Shown: positions 30,661 through 32,612 of the stretch, one piece after another
Position numbering within the stretch: the first letter of the stretch is position 1
How the letters are laid out: each line of letters begins with the position of its first letter
From: Lachnospiraceae bacterium
GTDB taxonomy: Bacteria; Bacillota; Clostridia; Lachnospirales; Lachnospiraceae
NCBI GenBank assembly: GCA_017958585.1
Contig: JAGDCK010000097.1
Coordinates: 1 to 32,612 of the forward strand
DNA length: 32,612 nucleotides
Reading direction: 5' to 3'
Notes under the pieces: model-generated
The model's input: the letters and a program-made list of their open reading frames with translations, nothing else
The model's database searches: none
Told to the model about the DNA's origin: nothing
Position numbers and translations under genes: made by a program

Positions 30661-32612
30661 ATGCGTGATCTGATGGAAAGGATTTTTGAGGGAAAGTTTG
30701 ACTTCGAAAACAACTCCTTGGATTTTTCATGCTCAAAATTGGAAATGAGCGTTCTGGCAGGTGAATGTCTGGAAGGCTCTTTTTATATTACGTCTTCGGG
30801 TAACGTCCCTATGGAGGGATTTATTACCTCGTCTGATATCAGAATGGAACTGCCCATAACAAAGCTTTCGGGCAACGAGCAGGTCATTTTTTACAAATTC
30901 CACGGTGAAAATTTAGAGGAAGGTGAAGTGGTCAAGGGAAGCCTTAATGCCATCACCAATCTGGGAGAATTCTATCTGCCCTTTGTGGTGACAGTGGAGC
31001 ACAGGATCCTCAAATCTTCCATCGGACCTATCAAGAATCTGTTCCATTTTGCAAATCTGGCAAAGAGTAACTGGCTCGAAGCTCTCGCAATGTTTTACTC
31101 GGATAATTTCAAGAGAGTTTTTGTGGGGTCGGACGCCGCTATGTACGACGTCTACAAGGGGCTTTCCGCCAACAAGATGAACAGCCAGAACATGGAAGAG
31201 TTTCTGATCCATATCAACAAAAAGAGCAGAGTCGAATACATCGTTGATGAAAAGGAATTTTTCTTTGATCTGCCGTCGGTTCCGGATGACGGTGGCATAA
31301 GCGAATTTGAGATAAATATCAAGCGAAACGGATGGGGATACACTTTCCTTAACGTGGAGTGTGACGGAGAGTTTTTATATCTGGAAAAGACTGCGGTGAC
31401 GGATGACGATTTCCTGGGGAACCTCTGCAGACTCCAGGTTTATGCCGATATGTCAAAACTTAGAGACGGCAATAATTTCGGAGTGATCAATCTGTTTGAC
31501 TCCGTGGATATGATATCCATTCCGGTGACCGTGACTGTGGGTAACGGCGTAAAGACCCTCTCAAACGATGTACAAAAGCATCTTCTCATGGTAAAGCTGG
31601 TTCGTCTTTATCAGGATTTCAGGATCAAAAAGATAAATGCCGCCACCTGGAGAAAGGATACGGGAAGACTTATAGAAAATCTTCTCTCTTTGGATGACTC
31701 GGAGGTGGGCTACAGACTTATCCAGGCCCAGCTTCTTATAAGCGAGGAGCGCTACAACGAAGCCGAGTGGATACTGGAGCACTCAAAGGCCATGATAGAC
31801 AGAAACTTCCCCGACAGGGATGAGTACATGGCTTATTATCTCTATCTGACAACGCTTATCCACAGGGATGAAAACTATGTTAACGAAGTGGCTGAACAGG
31901 TTCAGAAGATCTATTCCTCGGATGTCACAAACTGGAGAGTTGCATGGCTCTTACTTTATCTTTCCGAGGAGTACAGCCGTTCCGCATCCGGCAAATGGGT
32001 ATTTTTGGAAAAACAGTTTAATTACGGGTGCTTCAGCCCCATTTTATATATGGAATCCATATTGTTGCTTAATATGAATCCCATGCTTCTTCACAAACTG
32101 GACAATTACGAACTGCAGGTGCTTCACTACGGCGCAAAACAGCAGTTTTTAAATGAGGATCTCTGCGATCAGCTTTTGTATCTCTCAGGCAGAAAGAGGG
32201 AGTTTTCAGCTCTGCTTCTTGATATATTGCAGCACCTCTATGAAAAGAGTAATGATGAGAGGATCTTGCAGGAGATCTGTGCCACACTTATAAAGGGCAA
32301 CAAGACGGAAAACAGATATTTTAAGTGGTACGAGGCGGGAGTTCTGGCTGAACTTAGGATCACAAATCTGTATGAGTATTATATGATGAGCATCGACACG
32401 GAGATCGCCCATGACATTCCAAAGACGGTTCTCATGTATTTCTCATATCAGAACAATCTGGAATATCGAAAATGCGCTTACATGTACGATTACATAGTTA
32501 AGAACAAGGAAAATATTCCGGATGTGTATATGTCCTTTGAGAGTAAGATCGAGCATTTTGTCATAGACCAGATTAAAAAGATGCATGTGAACATCCCGTT
32601 AACGGCTCTCTA
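30661..32612 (+). CDS. Large conserved hypothetical protein, truncated at the 3' window edge. The N-terminus resembles what I recall of DUF5717-type proteins of Clostridia.
   Basis: I translated this frame by hand from the ATG at 30661 (GGTGA lies 6 nt upstream) to the window end. It has 650 sense codons and no stop. The ORF track omits it because it lacks a stop. The N-terminus reads MRDLMERIFEGKFDFENNSLDFSCSKLEMSV... Confidence 0.7.
   Translation, partial: MRDLMERIFEGKFDFENNSLDFSCSKLEMSVLAGECLEGSFYITSSGNVPMEGFITSSDIRMELPITKLSGNEQVIFYKFHGENLEEGEVVKGSLNAITNLGEFYLPFVVTVEHRILKSSIGPIKNLFHFANLAKSNWLEALAMFYSDNFKRVFVGSDAAMYDVYKGLSANKMNSQNMEEFLIHINKKSRVEYIVDEKEFFFDLPSVPDDGGISEFEINIKRNGWGYTFLNVECDGEFLYLEKTAVTDDDFLGNLCRLQVYADMSKLRDGNNFGVINLFDSVDMISIPVTVTVGNGVKTLSNDVQKHLLMVKLVRLYQDFRIKKINAATWRKDTGRLIENLLSLDDSEVGYRLIQAQLLISEERYNEAEWILEHSKAMIDRNFPDRDEYMAYYLYLTTLIHRDENYVNEVAEQVQKIYSSDVTNWRVAWLLLYLSEEYSRSASGKWVFLEKQFNYGCFSPILYMESILLLNMNPMLLHKLDNYELQVLHYGAKQQFLNEDLCDQLLYLSGRKREFSALLLDILQHLYEKSNDERILQEICATLIKGNKTENRYFKWYEAGVLAELRITNLYEYYMMSIDTEIAHDIPKTVLMYFSYQNNLEYRKCAYMYDYIVKNKENIPDVYMSFESKIEHFVIDQIKKMHVNIPLTAL

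Noticed and set aside
1-32612. A search for mobile-element hallmarks, CRISPR arrays, tRNA or rRNA genes, and defence or toxin-antitoxin modules.
   Set aside because: I recognised no transposase, integrase or recombinase ORF, no terminal inverted repeats flanking the island, no repeat-spacer array, and no cloverleaf-like or rRNA-like sequence. The island boundaries are therefore undefined within this window.

Overview
Every gene I can support lies on the + strand. The window looks like a chromosomal segment from a low-GC Gram-positive anaerobe; Clostridia or Lachnospiraceae-like is inference from gene content only.

Left half (about 0.3-18.1 kb): an accessory sortase-dependent pilus and surface-protein island.
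- A 778-aa membrane-anchored surface protein.
- A 564-aa LPETG-anchored pilin-like protein.
- An 804-aa LPSTG pilin.
- One 1616-aa reading frame holding two complete pilins, joined in frame through an internal sorting signal.
- A class C sortase with an unusually long acidic cytoplasmic tail.
- A 921-aa protein in which a surface domain ending in an LPEAG sorting signal is fused in frame to a second sortase domain.
- A LytS/YehU-type histidine kinase with no response regulator in the window.
- An acidic tail-anchored membrane protein.

Right half (18.1-32.6 kb): mostly housekeeping. It holds a TPR-GGDEF diguanylate cyclase, a beta-CASP MBL hydrolase, thyA, a DHFR gene, ilvE, a PrsA-like lipoprotein, proS, a perfect CIRCE operator followed by htpG, a split chromate-transporter pair, and a large conserved hypothetical gene truncated by the window end.

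I saw no rRNA, tRNA, CRISPR array, transposase or integrase.

The most interesting signal is a junction architecture that occurs twice in the island: LPXTG-type motif, hydrophobic helix, basic patch, second hydrophobic helix, with no stop codon. It joins pilin to pilin at 9538-9714 and surface protein to sortase at 15416-15589. This suggests sortase substrates, and a sortase, made as membrane-hairpin polyproteins. I am not aware of this being described, but I cannot search databases from here.
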